Part shown: piece after piece, positions 49,929 to 61,182 of the stretch | Layout: the number at the start of each line of letters is the position of its first letter | Position numbering within the stretch: position 1 is the first letter of the stretch | Assembly: GCA_002189035.1 (NCBI GenBank) | Contig: NEEC01000007.1 | Location: 1,922,001 to 1,986,000, forward strand | Reading direction: 5' to 3' | Origin: Utricularia gibba | Lineage: Eukaryota; Plantae; Magnoliophyta | DNA length: 64,000 nucleotides | Notes under the pieces: model-generated | The model's input: the letters and a program-made list of their open reading frames with translations, nothing else | Told to the model about the DNA's origin: nothing | The model's database searches: none | Position numbers and translations under genes: made by a program

Positions 49929-52900
49929 ATGGATGCTTATCATCTTCATCTTGCGATGGCCACTTTGTTCGGAGCGTCTTTTGTCGCTGTATCGGCGTAT
50001 TATATGCACCGGAGAACCTTGAACCAGTTGCTACAGTTCGCCAAGGCGATCGAGAATGATAGAAATGGAGAAATCAACCCCTCTGATGATTCTGACGATA
50101 CGGGGGAACAGCTTAGGAAGTATATCTCTCGAAGGAAGAGTAAGGGGAGCCACGGCCATTATTGCCGCACCGCTGCTTCTTTGCCGGATGTGACTGGGAT
50201 TTCGGGAACTGGTGGAGGTGATGGATCGGATGAGGGAGAGGGGAAGAAGAATGTAACGTTGCATGTTGATGCTATTCCGGCTGGGTTACCCAGACTTCAT
50301 ACGCTTCCTGAAGGTATGATAATTAACCTGGGTTTAGGGAAAAAGGTCAGATTTTTTTATTTTAGCAATTCGTTGTTTTGAAAGTTCTGTTCTTTTTGTC
50401 TTTGACTTCCGTAACGGCAAATGGATTTTTTAGTCAGTTGTTGAGTTTCAGTATCTGTGATATGTGCTGATCAGAATATCCTCAAAGTTCAATTCTTTTC
50501 ATCGTTTTGCGGCAGGAAAATCGGGAAGCGTGAGTTCGGCAACCAGGGCCGGGCATCTCATCCGACCTACGTCTCCTAAATCCCCTGCTGGTAGCGCTAG
50601 CGCTTTTGAGAGTGTAGAAGAGTCGGATGATGAAGATAATGTGACAGATGATACTAAGCTAGAATCCACATATCTTCACAGTAACGGAAACTTGGTAGCA
50701 TATAGAAAAATTTTCTTTTTATTTTTAATTTGTTTGGCTTTCCTCCAAATGTGGTATTTTGAAATATATTATGTACCATTCTGCTTCTTCTGAATGTTTT
50801 CCTTATTTATATGGACTTGTAATTGAAATGTTGAGTTTAATTCACTCTTTCAGGAGACTGCCCCTGACCTTTTGAACGCAAATGGTGAAGGTGTGACTGC
50901 ATCTAGCATGATTCGCTCGCATAGTGTGTCTGGTGATCTGCATGGTGTTCAACCTGATCCTGTTGCGGCTGATATTCTAAGAAAGGAACCCGAGCAAGAA
51001 ACCTTTGTGCGAATGAGAATTTCCCCTATCGGTATTAACCTCTCAGTCAATATTTCCCAAGTTCTGTCAATTGTAGCTTTTATTAATCGCTGCTGAGGGC
51101 TCATCCTCTAGTCTTTCAAATCATGAAATTGGCTTGAACAGAGTCTCTCTATCGCCCTGTGATAGAGACTCCTAGTAAGAATTGTGACTATTATTTGAAA
51201 ATATGTGGTTTTGAATTTTATGACTGAAATTGGTGATCATGTGATTTGATTATGGTAACATTTTTCTTTGGTTACTTTTGTTTTATTAGAGATACCATCT
51301 CCTGATGAAGCGGAGGTTTACCGCATACTTCAAGATTGCCTTGAAATGAGAAAAGGCTACGTTTTTAGAGAAGATTTTGCTCCATGGGAAAAAGAAGTAA
51401 TAACTGATCCAAGTACACCAAAGCCAATTCAGAACCCATTTGATTATACCTCCGAGGGGAAATCGTCTGTATGTTTGATCATTGTGTCATTTCCTTCATA
51501 ATGCGTGATGTTTTATTTTCTCTGACTCTTATATAATTTCATATCCAATATCTGCAGCATTATTTTCGAATGGAAGATGGAGTTGTTCATGTGCATGCAA
51601 ATAAAGATGGTATGATGCTAAAGCAGCGTGATAATTCAAGTTTCATTTACTCTGAGTTATATTTTCCTTTCCTTCTGAAGACCCTTATTGTCTTTGGCAG
51701 CAAGTGAGAGACTTTTTCCAGTAGCAGATGCCACAACATTTTTCACTGACCTTCACCACATCCTGAAGATTATAGCAGCCGGTAATATCCGGACTCTATG
51801 CCATCACAGGCTGGTTCTTCTTGAGCAGGTTAAGGAATCCATCAAATTTCACGTTATGATTACATTTGTTTCTCAAAATGTAACGGCCTGCTGCTTAATA
51901 TGTAACAGAAATTCAACCTTCATTTGATGCTTAATGCGGAAAGGGAGTTTCTTGCACAGAAAACTGCTCCCCATCGAGATTTCTACAATGTTAGGAAGGT
52001 TGACACTCATGTTCATCATTCAGCTTGCATGAACCAGAAGCATCTTTTGAGGTTTATAAAATCGAAACTGAGGAAGGAACCAGATGAGGTGATGCTTAGC
52101 TATCACTATCATTTATCTGTTTTTCCACCTTAACGAATCTTACTCTCTATGTGCATCTGAGTGAGACTTGGCTTACAAGTCGTTAATGACACACGTCTTC
52201 AACCTCCCTCCCCATAACAGGTTGTTATTTTCAGAGATGGGACCTATCTGACTCTGAAAGAGGTTTTTGAGAGTTTGGATTTAACAGGGTAAACATCCTG
52301 CTTCAAGTGGTTTTGCATTTTGAGAGAATTCTGCATTACCCTTCTTGTTTCTGTATTTTTTTCTCTTTTCAAATTGATGCTGACGAATGAATTCCTCTAA
52401 AACATGACAGATATGATTTGAATGTTGATTTGTTAGACGTTCATGCGGACAAAAGCACCTTCCATCGGTTTGACAAATTTAACCTAAAGTACAATCCATG
52501 TGGCCAGAGTAGACTAAGAGAGATATTTCTAAAGCAGGATAATCTCATACAGGGTAGATACTGTTCTTTCAATTTCCTAGAACTATGCTTTTAGCTCGCA
52601 GTCCAGCTGAATTATCAGTTATGTTTGAAAAGTCAACTTACTGAAGTTATTATATTGTTGCATGTTCAGGTCGTTTTCTTGCTGAATTGACCAAGCAAGT
52701 ATTTGCAGATCTCTCTGCAAGTAAATATCAAGTGGGTTTCTGAAAAACTCTTAATGTTTTCTATATCTGATTGTGTGTCTCATAATGTTGAGCCTTATAT
52801 ATATATATATATATATTTGCAACGAAAACTCATGCCTTTGACCGAAATATGTAAATTTCGCATATTTTCCTATTTTACATGCTCGGTTGTTTGCATATGT

Positions 52901-54985
52901 ATTTTTTTCTCTCTTTACTCTGTTTGCTCTTTCTAATCTAACATTCCATAATTTTTATTTTCAAATTTTAGTTTAAGTGGAACTTTGGTGCAGATGGCGG
53001 AGTACCGCTTGTCAATCTATGGAAGAAAAATGAGTGAATGGGATCAATTGGCGAGTTGGATTGTCAATAACGACTTGTATAGTGAAAATGTTGTGTGGCT
53101 GATTCAGGTGAATAAATATTATACATCATGCATTTATATTTTCATTTAAACGCATGTATTTTTATTGAAATCCTGAGTTTTTGCTTTGCTATGCAGCTTC
53201 CTAGACTATATAATGTATACAAGGAGATGGGTATAGTGACATCATTTCAGAACATGCTTGATAACATCTTTCTACCTCTGTTTGAGGTTACTGTTGATCC
53301 AGACTCTCACCCGCAATTGCATCTTTTTTTGAAGCAGGTTTGTCACCTCCAAATTCAGCTTTATTCCAAGTTCCCTACCAAAGTTTTGGGGATGTGATAT
53401 AATTTTATGCAAAATTATTCATTATGGCATGCCTTTTCCATTTATATATCTATGTTCCCTTGGTATCATGATTTACTACAGAGTTCAAGGCCGTTGAAGT
53501 TAGATTCTTCCTTGTCCTGGTTGGGGTTGTACAGTAGCACTAATGTTCTTTGCTATACATTTTTGGCTAAAATAGCTCATAACATCGATAACAGGTTGTT
53601 GGACTGGATCTAGTGGATGATGAAAGCAAACCTGAACGGCGCCCTACAAAACACATGCCTACACCAGCCGAATGGACAAATATATTCAATCCTGCGTTTT
53701 CCTATTATGCATATTATTGCTATGCTAATCTCTACACATTAAACAAGGTAAACACTAAAGTATATCAGATATATCAACTTCTGCATAATGTTTTACCTAT
53801 TGTAAATTAGTTTTTTTGGCCTATTTTCAGCTTCGTGAATCAAAGGGTATGACAGTTATTAAGTTTCGGCCCCATGCTGGAGAGGTGGAAATTTGAATCA
53901 CGTATCTTGATTTCTTTTGTTTTCAAATTTTTACATTGATATCTTAATTCTCATAATGATATCACATGATCAGGCTGGTGACATTGATCATCTTGCTGCA
54001 ACCTTCCTCACGGCACATAATATTGCACATGGAATCAATCTAAGAAAATCGCCTGTCCTTCAGTATTTGTACTACCTGGCTCAGGCAAGTTAAAATTTTC
54101 TGGAATCAATATTATGCATAAAATGTCTAAGGTGGCTTTTGTGTTCAGATTGGTCTTGCTATGTCCCCGTTGAGTAACAACTCTCTTTTCCTGGACTACC
54201 ACCGGAATCCATTTCCCATGTTCTTTCTTCGTGGCCTCAACGTGTCTCTCTCAACTGATGATCCATTACAGATTCACCTAACGAAAGAACCCCTTGTTGA
54301 AGAATACAGTATTGCTGCTTCAGTAAGCATACATTGTTGCATCTTTCTCTTTTAATATGCACAAGATGGAAAACTATTTTCCTTTACAGGTGTGGAAGTT
54401 GAGTTCTTGTGATCTTTGTGAAATAGCGCGTAACTCCGTGCTGCAGTCAGGTTTCTCACATGCTTTTAAGGTAGCTCCATTTTTTGGTGTGAAGACTACT
54501 GATATTATGACTGGAATTACCCCTAGCTGATGGCAAGGGGGTTCTGGTTTTCATTAGAGTATGCTTCAGTATCGGGCACCTAGACAATCTAACTTGAACA
54601 GGGAAACTGCCTGCCTTTTGATGATAATAGTCTGTGTGAACCTGCTGACTAGATTTAGAAGACTGCCAACCTTTTTTTCTTAGTTATCATTTTCTTGGAC
54701 AATTATTTTAAATGTTTCCATCAACTTGCTTTACAGTCGCACTGGATTGGCAAGGAATATTTCAAGCGTGGACCAGATGGAAATGACATTCGACAGACTA
54801 ATGTTCCTCATATAAGAATTGAATTTCGTGACACGGTATATGGCTGAATTAACTGCTATTTTTCATTTCTTGCCTGTTCTAATTCCTTGTTCCATTTCAT
54901 AAACGCCACTGTTCAGATATGGAGAGAGGAGATCCAACAGGTTTACCTGGGCAAGGCAACGTTTCCACCACACATTGATCCATGA
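49929..54985 (+). CDS. AMPD: AMP deaminase (FAC1), multi-exon, intact; includes one GC-AG intron (54085-54148)
   Basis: [31 protein letters not shown] (N-terminal anchor), [49 protein letters not shown]...SLSTDDPLQ. Confidence 0.95.
52796..52816. repeat. (TA)n microsatellite in an AMPD intron
   Basis: About 10 TA units. Confidence 0.85.
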
Positions 54986-55604
54986 TATGTTCTGTAAACA
55001 CAAGCATTACCTGGCCAGCGGTAAATACACACTTACATCTCTAAGCATAGTTTCCATAGCATTGTTTCGTGTTCATGCATGGAGGACCAGTGCTGGTTTT
55101 GCTAATTATATCTCATGCGTATATTTTAGAGCCTTAGGTTCATTCATGGAAGTTGTTCTATGAAGGCTTTTTTCATCACCATTTGACAGATTTCCTGGAA
55201 GTGTGTCTAGTAACCTGTATGAAAAATATATATAACCTGGTATTTTCAAAACAGAATGGTGATGCCTGGTAGTGATGGATCCCATATTGAAGTGAATCGG
55301 CTGCTGGTAAAATGAAACGAATCGCACAATTCCTATATACCGTGGCCGTGAGAAGGGGGCCTTTGTGCCTGTTCCTTGGCAGTGTCACACATGTAAAGTA
55401 ATGCTTCCAGGCACTGCTTTCTGAGATTACACTACAGACATGAACTTGTTTATGATGAAATGTGCTTCCTCTGCATTGAGCATGTTCCATCGTTCTTGAT
55501 TCCATGTTGTATACAATTTTGAGAGAACGTGGCAGCAGTAGTAGAAATAACTGATTCCAAACAGGAATCTTGATGAATACCTGACAAAGAATTGCTGCAG
55601 TCAC

Positions 55605-57594
55605 TTACAAATCTATTCCCCTGGTACCATTCGGGAGCTCTCTTTGATCCATTTCTTGGGCAGAGTGCCTTGTTGCATCAAATCTCTCGCCATCTCCCCA
55701 CAGCGCATACGCTTCTTCTCCATGCACCGCATCATCTCCGATCAACAGCTGCTCCTCCGGCATCCGCAGCGGAATGAAAACTCTGATGAGCAGCAGTATC
55801 AACGTCGTGGAGATGAAGTTCCAGGCGATAACAAACACCGCAGCAACCAACTGCTTCACGAACTGGAATCCATCGCCGTAGAACGCGCCTCTGGTACTGC
55901 TCACCGGCAAAATCATACGGCACAGGCTCGGATGCGCCAGCAGCCCCGTCAGCAACCCCCCCAGGAACCCCGCCTCTCCGTGCGTGTAAAACACCGCCAA
56001 AGTATCATCCACCTACAGCAGAAAACCCCGTTACCAATCACACTACAAGTTTTCAAGCTCGACCATGGTTGTTCTGGTTCACACCTTCTGCAACAGAGTA
56101 GATTTCTTGTGAAGGATCATCATGGAGTACCAAGGAATGCTCCCGGAAAGCACCCCATACACTATAGCCGCCCAGGACGGCACCACACCTGCCGATTACC
56201 ACAACATTACTAACGTTCCGGAAGCTACACAGAAGGAGAAGGAAGCAATACCCGCGCCGGGAGTGATGCAGGCGAGGCCGGTGATCATTCCTTGAATGGC
56301 TCCGATGACGGAGGGCTTCCCAAAGTAGAACACATCAAGGGAAGTCCACACCAGAAGGCTCGTTGCTGCAGATATATTTGTGTTCAGAATGGCCAAAGAG
56401 GAGATCACATTCGCTGCATAAGGAGCCCCGCCATTGAATCCGGACCACCCCATCCATAGCAGCCCCGATCCTGCCAGCATCAGCAGGATGTTGTTGGGGA
56501 CATATCTCTCCCTGTCGGATTTCAGCCTCGGCCCAACCTGTTCCGACAACAAAAATAGAAATGAAAAACTTCCATGAATAGATTGTAATATCGGAAATGC
56601 AGATAATTCTTGGTGAAAAAAATGGCCTCTATTTGGACCATTTAGGTAATTTTTTCCCAATTAGGTTCATAAAAGTAAAAATAGTTCAATTATGACCTTT
56701 ATGAGACTATCTCTGTCCAAATCTCTACATGAATGAATGCTCTTTCTGTCTTGAAATGTGAAATATATTGGTGATAAAAAAAATTGTAGTAAAATACTCA
56801 TAAGAGGAAAAATGATTATTTATTTTTATTTTAATTTAATTTGATTAATCTAGGTTGAAAAGTATTTTTAATTAGGGGAGTGATGAGTGGGTAAATGTGT
56901 TTATTTTTTATAATTCAACTGACCCAGTAGGCTGCCGTGAAGCCGGAGATCCCGGAAGAAAGATGGATGACGTAGCCGCCGGAGTAATCGATGACGCCCC
57001 AGTGGTAGAGAAAGCCGCCGCCCCAGAGGGAGTAGGCGCCGACGGTGTAGCAAAAAGTCAACCAAAGAGGCACGAACGCCATCCAGGCTCTAATATTCAT
57101 CCTGCCCAAAACCGACCCAGCTAATAGGATCGTCGTGATCGCCGCGAAGGTGAATTGGAAGTAGACAAGCGATGCCATCGGAAAAAAAGGCTCGTTCATT
57201 CTCGTCTCCGGCACGCCGGCGCGCCTGATCAAATACCTGCGGCAAAAAGGGTTAATCGTGAACTGAAATCGTGAGAAGGGGCTGATGGGTATGCGTACTG
57301 TTGGGAGAGGGAGACGGCGCCGCGGCCCCAGAAGGGGATGAGTTGATCGCCGAAGGCGAGGCGGTAGCATAGGAGAACCCAGCAGATCAAGACGGCGGCG
57401 AAGGAGTATAACGCCATGAAGGCGGAGTTAACAGCCCATTTCTTCTTCACGATGCTGCCGTAGAGGATCACCAGCCCCGGCATCGACTGCAGCCCCACCA
57501 AAGTCGCCGCCGTCATCTGCCACGCGTTGTCCCCCTTGTTAAGCCATGCCGGCACCGCCGGCAGGTGCGGCCCGTACGCCCCGCCGTCATCCAT
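55605..57594 (-). CDS. AMT2: Ammonium transporter, AMT2/MEP subfamily (AtAMT2;1-like), 5 exons
   Basis: [78 protein letters not shown]. Introns include 57298-57237. Confidence 0.95.
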
Positions 57595-58453
57595 CTTCTC
57601 CCCTCCTAGATCCGATGAAAAGTCCGCCCTTAGTGCCTAGGAGACCGGTGGAGAAGCACTTTAATGGACAAAAAAGAAAGTGCGTCGTCGATGGTGGCCG
57701 GTGGGAGAAGGAGGCGACAAGGAAAAGTTTTCGTCACAAGGCCCGACCACTAACAAGATTTTTATTCTCTTCATCGCTAATTGTGTACGGACACCATACA
57801 TTTCATATTCATCCAATGTGTTAAAAAACGATTAAACTGGTTTTAATCCAATCATATATATTATAAAATTAAAAATTAAAAAATATATCGAAATTCAATC
57901 TTAATCCACTCTAATTTTAAGTAAAATTCATGATTTTAAAGTATTCAATAAAGCAGCAATACAAATCTAAAAAAATTAAAATATTGAATTAAAGAGTAAA
58001 AAATAGGGGGATAACCATACAATTGGAATTCAATTGAAGTTGTATTATAAATTTGAGCATACTCTTATCATTATGTGAAAAAAAATGGTCATTTATAATA
58101 TAAAATTTTTAATTTAACATGTGATAAATAGTGTATGGATAGAAAATCTTCTGAATGACCCGTACAATTGGCCCCCTTTAGTCTCCCCCTTCGATTTTCT
58201 GAAGAATTTGTATTAGAAAAAAATGCTTTTGACAAATAGATCGACATTAAACTAAGTTATTTTATTGTACTATTTTTTCTTTTTTTCTTTTTTATGTTAA
58301 TGTGGGTCCCGCTCCCCTGGAACGCGTTCCATGGTGGGCGACTTTGCGGTCAATGTTGCCGGCTCTCTATTTATTTATTAATTTATTTCTTTAATGTATA
58401 GGAAAGTATATTGAATATTATTATTCCTGAGGCCCACGGGAAGACTGATGGGC

Positions 58454-58546
58454 TATTGAAATTGGATCTCATGCTCATACCCAGTCTGGAGTTGGGCCAC
58501 AAAATTTGAAAATGGGCCTGAAATATGAAATTAGGCTCAAGAATCT
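58454..58546 (+). repeat. Direct repeat copy 1 (~93 bp, site II-containing), paired with 63911-64000
   Basis: TATTGAAATTGGATCTCAT...AGTCTGGAGTTGGGCCAC.AAAATTTGAAA.TGGGCCT...ATGAAATT.GGCTCAAGAATCT; roughly 85% identical by hand alignment. Confidence 0.9.
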
Positions 58547-58985
58547 ACGTTGTTGCTTTGCTACTAATTGATAAAAAAAAATGAAATTTTAATCCAAGAT
58601 TTATCGTTTGCATATTGAAAATTAAATTGAATACATGATTGGGAGTGATTTAAAAATGAAAATAAAAAGGAAATTCCACTCTACAAATTGCTAAATAAAT
58701 TGATAAATATTCATTATCAATCAGATAAGGGGAGACCTGTGCCACAAGTAACGCTTTCATTGTGGAAAAAAACACAAACGCGCTGAGGTGAGTCGTTGAC
58801 GTTTTCTTGGAGATGAGGATAGGGAAAGCAACCCTTCTCCCACTCCGAGTAGCTAGCTACGTGCTTATGTATCTGATTCCGTTGGTGAATTTTCTAGGAA
58901 ACTTCGCCTCTGGTTAACACGGTTTTGGAGCTACAAATAGAGCCCCTTGGGGAGGGGTTCATTTCCTGGATTAACACGAATCACG

Positions 58986-59288
58986 ATGCGGTCTTCTCGT
59001 GTGGCCTGGCAATCCGGGAAGAAGCCCGGATGGGAGAAGGAGGAGGAGGAGAAGAAGAAGAAGAAGGAGGAGGAGAAGAAGAAGGAGGAGGAGGAGGAGG
59101 AGAAGAGGAAGAAGGAGGAGAAGAAGAAGAAGGCAAAGGGAGGTGATTATAGCGATGACGGTGGTTTCGATAGTGATGGATATGGTGACCATGGCGGTGC
59201 CGGTCATGGAGGTCATGACCGTGGTTATGATGAAGGTGATGACCGTGGTTATGATGGAGGCAATGGTGGGGATGGCGGCGGTGAATGA
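58986..59288 (+). CDS. Candidate orphan 100-aa low-complexity protein (E/K-rich then G/D/Y/H-rich) with a putative 5' UTR intron 58788-58897
   Basis: Consensus donor GAG|GTGAGT (58788) and acceptor TTTTCTAG| (58897). The first ATG after splicing is 58986, giving MRSSRVAWQSGKKPGWEKEEEEKKKKK...GGDYSDDGGFDSDGYGDHGG...GGGE*. No recognised family. Confidence 0.4.
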   Translation: MRSSRVAWQSGKKPGWEKEEEEKKKKKEEEKKKEEEEEEKRKKEEKKKKAKGGDYSDDGGFDSDGYGDHGGAGHGGHDRGYDEGDDRGYDGGNGGDGGGE

Positions 59289-59617
59289 TATCACCACCGT
59301 GTATGATGTCGTTTGATGGTAATGTATTACTATGTTTAATTATGATATGATTGAGTATACATATAATCAATTGTGTAATATTTGATATTCGAGAATAAAA
59401 TTTGATATATATATATATGTGTGTAAATTAATCAAATAATAGTATATAAGTAAATTTAAGTATAGATTCTATGTACTCTCTTATTAAATACCCTTTTAAT
59501 GTTTTATTAAGTCTTAATTGTAAGATTAATAACAAATCACACTGAAAATATATGCATCAAGTCAAAAGGGCACACTATTTAAAGGGGAACAAAAAACATT
59601 GTCATTTACACTCTTAT

Positions 59618-61182
59618 GGGCACGTTTGGTTGTCGGGTTTAGCCTAAACCTAGATTTAGTTTATTTGGGTTTAGGAAATCCAGTTTTGTGGGTTTAGATT
59701 TAGGAATCGTGTTTGGTTAATGGGTTTACATTATTTGGATTTAAATGAACCCACGTTTGGGTATAAAATTGGGTTTATACATAATTTTTATGGGATTTAC
59801 CAATATAGCCTTTCACACTCGTCTACCGCCTTCCACACCGATTTTACCAATCAAACATATCCCTCTTTATTACCATAAGTTTTCCCAATGCATTCACCGA
59901 CCTTCACACTCGATTGTCGCGGTGCTGCCGGTCGACGAGATCTCTCGATTTAACAAGTAATTGAGAGTGAACAGTCATGGGTTATGTCCACTTTGTATAC
60001 TCCCTTCGTTGCACAGTGTTTGTCGTTCGAAATCCGTTGAATTTTGAGTGAATTTTACGGTTTACTTGTGGTAAGTGCTCGGTGTAGGTGCTTTTTTCTT
60101 GTTGTTTTCTTTACTCCAGCACAGATTGCAGGTATGCACATCCAATCGTGATGGAAGACTCTCACAAGAGAACAAAACGCGCCTGGAAGCAAGATGAGGA
60201 GAAAGACTTGTTGCATGCTTTGAAACAGATAATGAAAGAAGGTTGGAAAATTGAGAATGGATTTAGGGGTGGGTATCACCGAGCGTTATAGACAGAGTTC
60301 TTGAAACTCTGCCCTAGAACCAACATTCGCGCACACCCGCATATATCTAGCAAGGTGCATACCTGGAAAAAAGACTACTACCTTCTTGTAGATTTTTTAT
60401 CTAGGTCGGGCATCGGTTTCAGTGAGCTGACCTACACCGTAGACGCAGACGATGAGGTTTGGAAGGAGATTGATCAGGTACGTATGCCTTGTTGTCGCTG
60501 TGTTATATCTGGTGCTGACCGTTTATTATGTCAGCATGCACTCAGACTGCGCGCCCTAAGACACAAAGCCTAGCTGTATTACATGGAGTGGCAAGAAATC
60601 TTTGTAAAAGATCGGGCTATAGGAGAAAAAACGATAAGCTATGTTCATGCGACCAGGAAGAGGAAATTCATGGAAGATGTTGGGAAGAATCTGGAAGTAT
60701 CTTCGGATTGCTCTCTGGACCCAGATAACACTGGACACGATATGAACTTCTCGTATGCTGACACACCTTGTGACCCAATTGGTTGCGCTGCGGAGGGTGT
60801 GAACGTCACGCCTAGTAGGGACTCTGAGTCACACAACAGCACCGACTCGTCGCGGCGGACTGGGCGAAGTGACAGGGGACCGAGGGGAATCGACGATGAT
60901 GTGCAGTTCATCAAAGAAATGAAGGAGCTTAACGTGCGCACATGGGAAGAGCTACGTCACTTGGGATTAACAGTGGTGCAGCAAGCGCGGGAGTTGGTGG
61001 ATAATCAGCGTCAGGCAGGGGAGATCATTAGAGGTATGTCGGTACAATTAACTGCCATCGAACGTTTTACCATAGCAGAGACAATTAATTCCATCCCTGC
61101 GAGGTTGCGCTACTTCCTTGCCTCCAGTGACTGTGAAAGAGAGCTTATTGTGCGTGGTTTAACATCAGAACGTAGATATTAA
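59618..61182 (+). mobile_element. Decayed PIF/Harbinger (Tourist-like) element: left TIR-like end plus Myb/SANT ORF; right end and transposase not found
   Basis: GGGCACGTTTGGTTG at 59618-59632 next to TTA(T), followed by repeated GGGTTT/GTTTGG subterminal motifs and a downstream Myb/SANT-like ORF. Confidence 0.6.
60151..61182 (+). pseudogene. Myb/SANT-like DNA-binding protein of Harbinger type, with two in-frame nonsense codons
   Basis: KRAWKQDEEKDLLHAL...GWKIENGFRGGY...HISSKVHTWKKDY...SGIGF...VDADDEVW, intron 60478-60535, then YYMEWQEIFVKDRA.G. TAG stops at 60289-60291 and 60571-60573. Confidence 0.8.

Noticed and set aside
58925-59370. Several overlapping ORFs (poly-R, poly-L, poly-H/P, G/E-rich) over the GA-rich repeat
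   Set aside because: Trinucleotide repeats keep all frames open. Only the 58986-59288 frame has a supporting ATG and splice context.
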